Part shown: positions 36,465 to 47,300 of the stretch, in pieces
Position numbering within the stretch: position 1 is the first letter of the stretch
Layout of the letters: each line of letters starts with the position of its first letter
Program-made: the position numbers and the translations under genes
Notes under the pieces: generated by a model
What the model was told of the DNA's origin: nothing
What the model saw: only the letters and a program-made list of their open reading frames with translations
The model's database searches: none
Source of the DNA: Candidatus Peregrinibacteria bacterium
GTDB taxonomy: Bacteria; Patescibacteriota; Gracilibacteria; CAIRYL01
Length of the DNA stretch: 53,967 nucleotides
Direction of reading: 5' to 3'
Assembly (NCBI GenBank): GCA_037138215.1
Contig: JBAXIU010000003.1
Coordinates: 1-53,967, forward strand

Positions 36465-37652
36465 TTATAACCGTAATCCTTCAAGCCTTTTTGCCGCTTC
36501 TTCCACTTCTGCGAGTGACGCTACTAACGCAAACCGGATGTAGTTTTCTCCGGGGTTCTTTCCCGTTCGCGTATCTTCTTCCGAAATCCATGCCCCGGGA
36601 GTGGTAACGATTCCAATTTCTGGAGAGAGGAGTTTTTTTGCCAATTCTACGCCGGTCATTCCGGCTGGTGCTTTTTGCCAAATGTAAAAAGTGGCATCTA
36701 TTTTTGCTTTTGGCAACCCTGCTTTTTCTAAAGCGGAGAGGAGTATATCCTGCTTTTTTTGGTATGCCTGTCTCATGGTCTCCACATGGTCATCGTTTTG
36801 GAGTGCTGCTATCGCTGCTTCCTGTACAAAATTAGGCGTTCCGGAATCAATATTTGTTTTTACTTTTTTAAAAGTAGCAATCAGTTCACTGTCTCCACAT
36901 AAAAACCCAACCCGGTATCCGGTCATATTGTTTCTCTTAGAGAGGGAGTAAAAACAAATCACTCCTTTTTTGGTCACCTCTAAAATGGAATGTGGTTTTT
37001 CTCCATGAAAATAAATATCAATATAGCATCCTTCATCACACGCCAAAATAATATTATGCTTCTGCGCCCACTCTACAAGCCCACGGTACCATTCTAAACT
37101 GGCCGTTTTTCCGGTGGGGGAATTCGGGTAATTCAGCCATAAAATCTTTGCGCGGTCCGCAATATCTTCTGGAATATTTTTATAGTCGATCAAAAAATCG
37201 TTTTCCTCAAAAAGCCCCACGCTATAAATTTCTGCCCGACAAAAGCGGGTTCCGGTACGCATAGGAGGATACCCAGGAGTAGGAATAATAACGAGGTCTC
37301 CCGCATTAAGATGCCCAAAAGAGAAATGAAAAACCGCTTCTTTTGCTCCGATATTGGAAGTAATTTCTGTGGCTGGGTCTAGCTCTACCCCAAATCGCCT
37401 CTCCATATATCCTGCAGCGGCTTCTAAAAATTTTTTATGCCCAATATAGGATGGGTATCCCGCAGTCGCATGAATATCTGCTCCTTTTTTAAGCGCCTCT
37501 CGTATAAATTCTGGGGTTGGTTCGGTCGGGTCTCCCACACCAAAATCTATTGGCGTTACCCCTTGCTCTTTTAACTGGCTCACCAGTTTATCAACCTCGG
37601 CAAAAGCATACGGAGCAGTATTTTGGAGGGGATCAGAAACAGGAAATGGCAT
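36465..37652 (-). CDS. Class I/II PLP aminotransferase, LL-diaminopimelate aminotransferase (DapL)-like
   Basis: DFGVGDP, GAKE, LNYPNSPTG, SLSKRNNMTGYRVG, KTNIDSG, ATFYIW. Start ATG 37652. Confidence 0.8.
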   Translation of the reverse strand: MPFPVSDPLQNTAPYAFAEVDKLVSQLKEQGVTPIDFGVGDPTEPTPEFIREALKKGADIHATAGYPSYIGHKKFLEAAAGYMERRFGVELDPATEITSNIGAKEAVFHFSFGHLNAGDLVIIPTPGYPPMRTGTRFCRAEIYSVGLFEENDFLIDYKNIPEDIADRAKILWLNYPNSPTGKTASLEWYRGLVEWAQKHNIILACDEGCYIDIYFHGEKPHSILEVTKKGVICFYSLSKRNNMTGYRVGFLCGDSELIATFKKVKTNIDSGTPNFVQEAAIAALQNDDHVETMRQAYQKKQDILLSALEKAGLPKAKIDATFYIWQKAPAGMTGVELAKKLLSPEIGIVTTPGAWISEEDTRTGKNPGENYIRFALVASLAEVEEAAKRLEGLRL

Positions 37653-37717
37653 AAGAGAGCGAAAAATATCACACATATTATGAGGAAGAAGAAAAAAGTT
37701 TACAAGAAATAAAGTTT

Positions 37718-39082
37718 TTATGCCCCCTCTACTACCTTTTTTAAATCTCCTACAGTTGCCACCAAAATGGTTTTGAGATTTTTTAATTTTACAGAAGGAG
37801 ACGATTTGGGAATAACTGCCACGGTAAACCCCAGTTTTTCTGCCTCTTTTAGGCGTTTTTCAAGGTGAGAAACATTCCGAATTTCCCCCGAAAGTCCCAC
37901 TTCTCCACAAAAAACCGTGGTAGAGGGGAGAGAAATTTTCGATTTGGACGAAATAATCGCCGCTAAAAGCGCCATATCCAGCGCTGGCTCTGCCACTTTA
38001 ATACCTCCTACAATGTTCGCAAATACATCTTCACTGTCTAATTTTACCCCCGCATGGCGCGCCAAAACCGCCAGCAAAATTCCCAGCCGGTTTACATCTA
38101 CCCCACTGGCAGATCGCTTGGGATACCCAAAATTGGTCCACTTGGTTAACGCTTGCACCTCTACTAAAAAGGATCTATTCCCTTCTACCGACGGAAAAAT
38201 TGCCGATCCTATGGCGTCTTTTAGGCGACCTTGGAGAAAATTTTCCGATGGATTTTTTACCTCCACTAACCCCGATTCCTCCATTTGAAACACGCCCATT
38301 TCATTAGAACTCCCAAAACGATTTTTTCCAGAACGAAGAATGCGCAGTTCATGAAATCGGTCTCCTTCTAAATGAAGTGTGACATCTACGAGATGTGCTA
38401 AAGTTTGCGGTCCTGCCATTTCTCCCGCCTTGGTAACATGACCAATAAGAAGAACCGGAACATGGCGCATTTTTGCAAATCGCATCATCTGCTCTACCAC
38501 GGCAGTGGTTTGAGAAAGAGAGCCCGAACCACCCGTCAGATCTAAAGAAATAAGAGTTTGCACCGAATCCACCACTAAAAACCCCATTTCTTCCTGGTCC
38601 ATAGCCGCCAAAGCGGATTCTAAAACGGTCTCCGAAAGAATTTTAAGATTAGGGGGAATATTTTTTGAAAGGCGAAAAAGTCTGCTGGAAACCTGCGGCA
38701 CCGATTCTTCTCCCGTAAGAATCAGCACTGTTTTTTTCGGCATTTGCAGGGAAACGCTAAGGGCTACCTGAAGAGAAAGTGTGGATTTTCCGATCCCGGG
38801 ATCGCCCGTTAAAAGCACCAACGAATCTGGAAAAAATCCGTTCCCCAAAACGCGGTCCAACTCTTCAATATTTGTGGGAATACGAGAGTCGTGAAACGAA
38901 GAGTGCTCTGGCGTAGAAAATGATTTTTTGGGGAGGCTGGAAAGGGGCGTTTTTTTGGAAATCGTCACCTCCGGAAAATACTCCTCCAAACTATTCCACG
39001 CATTGCACGCGCCGCACTGTCCTGCCCATTTCGGAAACGAAGCAGCACATTGGGAACACCGGTAAGCAGAGCTTTGTTTCAT
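37718..39082 (-). CDS. radA: DNA repair protein RadA/Sms
   Basis: CxxC...CxxC zinc finger, GDPGIGKST, GEES, DSVQT, KNRFG, GEVGLSGE. Confidence 0.97.
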   Translation of the reverse strand: MKQSSAYRCSQCAASFPKWAGQCGACNAWNSLEEYFPEVTISKKTPLSSLPKKSFSTPEHSSFHDSRIPTNIEELDRVLGNGFFPDSLVLLTGDPGIGKSTLSLQVALSVSLQMPKKTVLILTGEESVPQVSSRLFRLSKNIPPNLKILSETVLESALAAMDQEEMGFLVVDSVQTLISLDLTGGSGSLSQTTAVVEQMMRFAKMRHVPVLLIGHVTKAGEMAGPQTLAHLVDVTLHLEGDRFHELRILRSGKNRFGSSNEMGVFQMEESGLVEVKNPSENFLQGRLKDAIGSAIFPSVEGNRSFLVEVQALTKWTNFGYPKRSASGVDVNRLGILLAVLARHAGVKLDSEDVFANIVGGIKVAEPALDMALLAAIISSKSKISLPSTTVFCGEVGLSGEIRNVSHLEKRLKEAEKLGFTVAVIPKSSPSVKLKNLKTILVATVGDLKKVVEGA

Positions 39083-39087
39083 AATGG

Positions 39088-40347
39088 TTATAACGATTCT
39101 TTTTTATTTCCCCGTTGTTGATAATCCATTACAAAAATCGCCGCAATAGATGCAACAGGAACGGCGAGAATAATTCCCAAAATTCCTAAAAATTCCCATC
39201 CAATCAGCATCACTAAAATGGTCACAATAGGAGGCATTCCTATGGCTCTTTTCATCACCAGGGGAACGAGAATATTTCCCTCTATCATCTGAATTCCCGT
39301 ATACAGCGCCAACACCAAAAATCCATGTTCTAAGCTTTCTCCAAAGGCAATGGGAGCCGCAGTGCATACCACAATCGTCGGTCCAATATAGGGTAAAAAC
39401 TCGGATAATCCGGCTAAAAAGGAAAGAGTGAGGGCGTATTCTACTCCAATAAGACTGAGCCCAACCCACTGAATAATAGCAACGACTGCAAAAAGAATCA
39501 TTTGGCCATGAACCCACTCCGCAATTTTCTTTTGAACATGAATGGATTTATAACTTACATATTCTTGATACAGTTCTGGAAAAAGCCGAATAAAAAACAA
39601 TTTAATAGTGGGAACATCGGAGACAATAAAAAATGTGAGCACGAGAACAAGTCCTAGTTCAAAGACCCAATTTACAAATCCAAAAACAAAGGAACTGAGA
39701 CCCGTCCCGAGGTTTGAAGCAAGAGATTCGAGTTTATCGGTATTCGTTTGGAGAATATTAATGAGATTTTTTTCCGTCGAAGAATTTCCCAAATAGATAT
39801 TCAGCGATTTGAGCATTCCCTGAATTTGTGGCGCAAACTTTTCCATCCAGTGAGGCAAAGGAGAAAAATCTCCGAAATATACTTTAGAAATAATATCGAT
39901 GAGTTTTTCGCTGATCACAGTTAATTGCGTTACAATAGCGGGGAGAAGTTCTGCAAAAACAAAAACAAGCATCCCAAAAATAAGAAAATACCAAATGAGA
40001 ACACCTATACTGGGCGGAATTTTATATTTCTCTAAAAATGCTACTCCTGGATGCAATGCTGCTGAAAGGAATAGAGAAAGGAAAAAGAGGAGCAATATAT
40101 TGCTGATCTGAAAAAGGAGATCCCCCATAACAATGATTCCAAAAACCACGGCAATAATTTTTATGGCACTAAAAGTAGAAATATCCACCATTATTCGTTG
40201 TTCTGTATTTTCAGGAAGAATGGGAGTAAGGATATTGTTTTCTTCCGCTACTGGGGCTGTTATTTTTTTATGAATATGACGGATAACCTTGTGGGCACGC
40301 GCTAGGAAATTTTTAGAATGGTGAATGATGGTGTGATGAAGAGCCAT
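39088..40347 (-). CDS. AI-2E family transporter
   Basis: Multiple TM helices; EFLPYIGP, Q.IEGNILVPLVM, GILGIILAVP. Confidence 0.92.
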   Translation of the reverse strand: MALHHTIIHHSKNFLARAHKVIRHIHKKITAPVAEENNILTPILPENTEQRIMVDISTFSAIKIIAVVFGIIVMGDLLFQISNILLLFFLSLFLSAALHPGVAFLEKYKIPPSIGVLIWYFLIFGMLVFVFAELLPAIVTQLTVISEKLIDIISKVYFGDFSPLPHWMEKFAPQIQGMLKSLNIYLGNSSTEKNLINILQTNTDKLESLASNLGTGLSSFVFGFVNWVFELGLVLVLTFFIVSDVPTIKLFFIRLFPELYQEYVSYKSIHVQKKIAEWVHGQMILFAVVAIIQWVGLSLIGVEYALTLSFLAGLSEFLPYIGPTIVVCTAAPIAFGESLEHGFLVLALYTGIQMIEGNILVPLVMKRAIGMPPIVTILVMLIGWEFLGILGIILAVPVASIAAIFVMDYQQRGNKKESL

Positions 40348-40390
40348 GGGGAAAAAATTAAGTATGAAGAATGAGGAATAAATTTTCTCC

Positions 40391-40804
40391 TTATCCCGTT
40401 ACAAACGATAACACAATATCCACCACAATCCAGGAAAGAAGGACCACCGCAAGCCCAATGGCAGCATTGGTCATGGAATTTTTTCCCGCCTCTTTATCAT
40501 CTGCCAAAGGTCCCATAATATATTGGATTCCTGCAAAGAGATTTGCCAGCATATACGCTGTTCCCGCCAACATTCCGGCTGTTTTTATGAGGTACAGTGC
40601 GAATTCTAAAATATCTTTAAAATGAAACTTCCCATCTTTAAAGCGCTCTGCAAGATTTCCACTGGTAGGGATAACGGTAATATCTGCCTTTAAAGAGGCT
40701 GGCACCAAAAATTCACCTCCCCCCAATGTAAAAAAAGAGAGAAGCAGGCTGAGTCCAAAAAAAGTTTTCAGAGGAATTGACCACCACGATTGAAAAGCGT
40801 TCAT
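40391..40804 (-). CDS. T4SS-type (VirB2/TrbC-like) pilin, CPR type
   Basis: Signal region, then AGIQYIMG...KEAGK..MTNAAIGLAVVLLSWIVV. Start ATG 40804. Confidence 0.75.
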   Translation of the reverse strand: MNAFQSWWSIPLKTFFGLSLLLSFFTLGGGEFLVPASLKADITVIPTSGNLAERFKDGKFHFKDILEFALYLIKTAGMLAGTAYMLANLFAGIQYIMGPLADDKEAGKNSMTNAAIGLAVVLLSWIVVDIVLSFVTG

Positions 40805-40981
40805 AACGGTTGTTTTGGAAAATCTAACGGTATTATGGCGCTTTTTTCCAAAAAATAAAAGAGCAGAAAAAGATGAAGGACTTCGCCACATTGTTGAGAA
40901 AAATCAATGGGTTTTACTTGTCATAAGTACAAAAAAATGAAAGAATGACCCCTTCCCATCTCTTCTTCCTTTTTGCTTTTT

Positions 40982-42004
40982 ATGAACGATCAAATCTTCT
41001 CTCAACAGTTTTCAGAAGGTATTGCGGCCGCATATCAGGCCTTATATTCTGCCCAAAATATCCTCCTCGTTTCCCATCAAAAACCCGATGGAGATACTTC
41101 TGGATCAGCTATTGCAATGGCAGAAATTTTGGAATTAGCCGGCAAAAAGGTGACCCTTTTTTGCAAGGATCCCCTTCCGGAAGAGTTCCAATTTCTCCCC
41201 AAAGCGAGTGAATATGTGCACGAATTTAGAACATCGGATTACGACATGGCGATGGTTTTTGATGCGGGAAGTTATAAAATGATTGGTATCCATGAAGAAA
41301 AACCAGAGTTTTTTACCGGAGGTATTCCCCTTTGGAATATTGATCACCATCTCTCGAATGAGCAATATGGAACCTGGAATACCGTTGCTACGGATTGCGC
41401 CTCTACTACCATTGTGGTGGCAAAAATTTTACGAATGCTTCGGTGGAAAATAACCCCCAAAGTGGCAACTCCTCTTCTGATGGGGTTGTATACCGACACA
41501 GGATCTCTCATGCACTCCAATGCGACCGCCGACACTCATAAAGAAGCTTCTCATCTTTTGGCCGCTGGAGCGGATTTAAGAACTATTGTACAGTGTATTT
41601 TTAGAACCAAAACCGTGGGAAAATTAAAACTGTGGGGCCGAATTTTAAGCCGCGCAACACTCGGAGAAGACTTAGTGACGACTTCTTTTGTACGAGAACG
41701 AGATTTTCGGGAAACCGGAGGAAATATGGACGACCTCACGGGAGTAGTGGATTATCTCAATGCGGTTCCCGGCGCAAAACTCTCACTCCTCCTTACCGAA
41801 CGAGGAGATAAGGTAAAAGGATCCCTGAGAACACTGGCAGAAGAAATAGATGTGAACGAAATGGCAGGCGTATTTGGTGGAGGAGGCCACAAAAAAGCCG
41901 CAGGATTTACCGTTCCCGGAAAACTACACCTCGAAACACGATGGAGAATTGCCTCTATGAAACAAGGGATTCCTCAGAATTTTAATTCAGTCGTGATGAA
42001 ATAA
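40982..42004 (+). CDS. DHH/DHHA1 phosphoesterase (NrnA-like)
   Basis: HQKPDGD, VFDAG, IDHH, TDTGS, GSLR, GGGGHKKAAG. Confidence 0.93.
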   Translation: MNDQIFSQQFSEGIAAAYQALYSAQNILLVSHQKPDGDTSGSAIAMAEILELAGKKVTLFCKDPLPEEFQFLPKASEYVHEFRTSDYDMAMVFDAGSYKMIGIHEEKPEFFTGGIPLWNIDHHLSNEQYGTWNTVATDCASTTIVVAKILRMLRWKITPKVATPLLMGLYTDTGSLMHSNATADTHKEASHLLAAGADLRTIVQCIFRTKTVGKLKLWGRILSRATLGEDLVTTSFVRERDFRETGGNMDDLTGVVDYLNAVPGAKLSLLLTERGDKVKGSLRTLAEEIDVNEMAGVFGGGGHKKAAGFTVPGKLHLETRWRIASMKQGIPQNFNSVVMK

Positions 42005-42944
42005 GAGAGGAGGAAGACTGCCAGTATATTTGGTTTGCTTCTTCGTGACCCGGTAATGCGGCATAAATTTCAAGTGGAATTTTTAATGCCTGGCATTCAC
42101 CAATAAGCGCGCCCCCTGCTTTTCCCACTGCAAAATCGGTAATCGCATACATTTCAGACATATCATCTACCCATGGAAGGATGTGAATTTCTGGGAAAGG
42201 TGCCATTTTGTTTTTAAAAAATTTTTCATTTTTTCCGGTGAGTACTAAATATTCGGCTTTATTGCGGTGTGTTTCCCAATGTTTCCAAAATATCTCTATC
42301 TCATTTCCAAACAAAAAATGATGGAAGAAAAAGGTAAACACAGGAACTTCAGGAGCAACTCCCCATTTTTCTCGTAATACTCTTGTTTCCGCTGGAGAAT
42401 ACGCCCCAACCTTTTCAATCCGTCTGGGAAGAGGGAAAGGCGAAACATGGTAATTTCTTTTGGGGATATGTTTTTGGAGATATTCTTTTGCGTGATGGTC
42501 CAAACACACAATGCGCACACTTTTTCCCCATGTCCAAAAAAAGTGTGGCTCATAATAATCGGTCAGGAATACTGTTTTGGGCACTTTTTTCGTGAGAGCC
42601 TCATCTATCACTTCGGAAAACAACGAATTGGTGACAAAAATGGCATCGGGGAGATGATGAGAAAATGTTTGTTTTAAGAATCCTAAAAATGATTTCCGCA
42701 AAAGCCATCGGAGAAGAAAGTTTGGGGTTTTGTTATTTCCCAAGCGATATATCCATTTCCAAAGGAACGGTCTTTCGGAAACGAATTTCCAAGACTTGGA
42801 GAATATTTTAGCCCCCCAAGAAACGGCAGCCATATCAAAAATTTTTACCCGATTCCCTTTTTCTTCTTCCCGATCTTTTAACCCTTCTGCGGCAGTATTA
42901 TGCCCATTCCCCCAAGATGCGGTAAAAATAAAAATAGTTTTCAT
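41982..42944 (-). CDS. GT28/MGDG-synthase (UgtP)-like glycosyltransferase, short C-terminus
   Basis: ASWGNGHNTAA, LTDY..H..W, GKAGG, PGHEEAN; overlaps the DHH gene end by 23 nt. Confidence 0.75.
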   Translation of the reverse strand: MKTIFIFTASWGNGHNTAAEGLKDREEEKGNRVKIFDMAAVSWGAKIFSKSWKFVSERPFLWKWIYRLGNNKTPNFLLRWLLRKSFLGFLKQTFSHHLPDAIFVTNSLFSEVIDEALTKKVPKTVFLTDYYEPHFFWTWGKSVRIVCLDHHAKEYLQKHIPKRNYHVSPFPLPRRIEKVGAYSPAETRVLREKWGVAPEVPVFTFFFHHFLFGNEIEIFWKHWETHRNKAEYLVLTGKNEKFFKNKMAPFPEIHILPWVDDMSEMYAITDFAVGKAGGALIGECQALKIPLEIYAALPGHEEANQIYWQSSSSLISSRLN

Positions 42945-42959
42945 GAACACAATAGATAA

Positions 42960-44189
<1,230 letters not shown>

Positions 44190-44213
44190 ACCCAGGGAGA
44201 ATAAGAAAGCAAA

Positions 44214-44239
44214 ATGGGCACAAAATTTTGTGCCCATAC
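44214..44239. repeat. REP-like palindrome between leuB and dnaE
   Basis: Perfect 24-bp ATGGGCACAAAATTTTGTGCCCAT; GTATGGG start on the minus strand. Confidence 0.7.
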
Positions 44240-44321
44240 GGATTTTTCAAATTCAAAAATCCAAATTCCCTCCTGCTCTTTTTTCCGCTACACTGTTTGC
44301 TGAAATATAAACCCTTTCCTC

Positions 44322-47300
44322 TTGCCGTTTGTTCACCTCCACACTCATTCGGATTACTCTTTTTTAGACGCGCTTCCAAAGGCCGAAGATTTGGCACAAA
44401 AAGCAAAAGAATTAGGAATGCCTGCTGTGGCCCTGACAGACCGTGCCAATATGCACGGAGCCATTGAGTTTTACAAAGCCTGTAAAAAAGAAGGAGTCAA
44501 TCCTATTATCGGAGGTGAGTTTTATTTAGCACCGCGAAGCCGAAACGATAAAGAACAAGGGATTGATAATAAACGATTTCGCATTGTTCTTCTGGCAGAA
44601 AATAATGAGGGCTACCAAAACCTGCTCCAGCTTTCCACTCTCTCTTATTTAGAGGGAATATATTATGTTCCGCGCATTGACGATGATCTTCTTCAAAAAT
44701 ACGGAAAAAACCTCATTGCCATTCTCCCCCGAGCAGGAGGAGAAATAACACCTCTTTTGGAACACAACGAACTGGAAAAAGCCGTAGAAAAAGCAGAACG
44801 ATTTCAAAAAATCTTCCCCCCAGAAAATCTCTTTATCGAAACCACGCCCAGGCCCAATAGTGAGGAAGAGGGTACTTTTCAATCGAATCTGAAAAAATTC
44901 TGCACACAAACAGGAATTGCGCCAGTAGCAACCAATGATATGCGGTATCTCGAAAAAGAGGAGCGCGAAGTGCATGACACGCTTATTTGCATGGAATACA
45001 GCCTCCAAAAAACAGATGCCGACCGCATTTCATATCTCGAACACGATCTCTCGTTTTGGAGTGAAGCAGAAATGAAAGACTATTTTTATGACTTTTTAGA
45101 AGCAGTAGAGAATACGGGGCTTATTGCCGATCGGTGCCACTATGAATTTGAATTTGGCGTGAATCGCCTTCCTCAATTTCCTATTCCGGAAGGATTTAGC
45201 AATGACAAAGAGTATTTGCGTTTTTTATGTGAAAAAGGGGTAGAGAAAAGGTACGGGCAGTTCCCCCCTGATAAGGGGGGCAGGGGGGGTTATGAAGAAT
45301 TAGGAATAGGCGGAGTGACGGAAAATCTCCAAGTAACAGCGGATCATGATCAATTCCAAATAACAGCGGGTCATGACCCGCTGTTAAATGTTCCCAACCG
45401 CCAAGAAATCCTCGACCGCCTCAATTTTGAGCTCGCGACCATTGATCAAATGGGATTTAATTCCTATTTTTTGATTGTTGCGGATTTTGTGCAGTGGGCA
45501 AAAAACAACGGCATTGCCGTTGGCCCCGGAAGAGGATCTGCCGCGGGAGCTATTATTGCGTATTTGCTCGAAATTACCGATTTGGACCCCTTGTATCATG
45601 GTCTGTATTTTGAGCGATTTTTGAATCCAGAACGCGTGAGTATGCCCGATATTGATATTGATTTTTCCGATGTGCGTCGTGATGAAGTGTTGGAATATGT
45701 GCGAGGAAAATATGGAAGAGATTGTGTTGCCCATGTGTGTACCTTTGGAACCATGGCAGCCCGGGCGGCAGTAAAAGATGTAGGACGAGCGTTTGGAGTC
45801 CCGTTTAGTGATATGAACGACTTTGCGAAACTCATTCCTGAAAAACCCGGAACAACGCTGGAAGAAGCATTTGAGCAATCCAAAGACCTCCGAGAAAAGC
45901 TCAAATCGGATGAAACCCTTCAAAAAATTTTTGAAACAGCAAAACGAATTGAAGGAAATATTCGCCATGTTTCCGTCCATGCTTGTGCCGTAATGATTAC
46001 ACCAGAACCCATTGTAAAATACACGGCATTAATGCCGGCTCCAAAAGATGCCAACTCCATTATTACACAGTACCAAGCCAAACCATTGGATATGCTCGGG
46101 CTTTTGAAAATGGATTTTTTGGGGCTTCGGAACCTCAGCATTTTGGAAAAAACCCTCCAGCACATCAAAGATCGCCACGGAGTAGAAATTAATCTCAGTA
46201 CGCTTCCCCTGGATGACGAAGCAAGTTTTTTACTCCTTTCGGGGGGAGAAACGACGGGTGTATTTCAGCTGGAATCTTCGGGAATGACGCGGTATTTAAA
46301 AGAGCTGTGCCCGACCAAATTTGAAGATCTCGTAGCGATGGTATCTTTGTATCGCCCTGGTCCTATGAAATTTATTCCCGACTACATTGCGGGAAAACAC
46401 GGAAAAAAAGTCGTGAAATATCCCCATCCCTCTCTGGAAAAGGTACTTTCTCCGACATTTGGAATTGCCGTGTACCAAGAGCAAATTTTGGAAATTGCCA
46501 AGATTTTTGGAGGATTTTCTCTCGGGGGAGCCGATTTGCTTCGGCGGGCGATTGGAAAAAAAATTGCATCGGAACTGGCAGCACAACGGGAAAAATTTAT
46601 TGAGGGGGCAAAAGCACAAGGACACGCAGAAAAACTGGCAATTCAGATTTTTGACGAGGTCATTGAGCCGTTTGCGGGATATGGATTTAACAAATCTCAT
46701 GCCGCGTGCTATGCGATGATCGCCTACCAAACAGCGTATCTTAAGGCGCATTATCCGGTAGAATTTTTGGCAGGACTGCTTTCTTGTGATGAAGAAAATA
46801 CCGACCGCGTGATTATTGATATTGCGGCCGCACGACGCATGAAAATTGATATTCTCCCTCCCAGTGTAAAAACTTCAGAAGGATATTTTACGATTTTGGA
46901 CGATCGCACCATTCGATTTGGATTAAATGCTATTAAGGGGATTGGAGAAAGTGTGGTGGAGAAAATTTTGGAGGCGCGAAAAAAAGAAGGATTTGAAAAT
47001 TTTGCCGATTTCCTTTCTAAATGTGGAGGAAAAGCCGTAAACAAAAAATCTCTGGAGGCATTGGCAAAAGCAGGAGCTTTGGAAGAATATGAAAAAACGG
47101 AAAAAATTTTAGCAAATGAAGAACGGATACTGGAATACGCCAAATCTCATAAAGAAGATACTTCTTCTCTGCAGGATGATTTATTCGGAATGCACGAGGT
47201 AGAAGTAGAAGTGCAAGATCTTTCTCTTCCCGATGCAGAACCGCTTTCTCTCGCTCATAAATTGCGACTGGAAAAGGAGGTTTTGGGGCTTTATGTTTCT

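Noticed and set aside
45261-45386. Intein in dnaE
   Set aside because: Too short, lacks Cys/Ser start and His-Asn end motifs, and is explained by DNA repeats.
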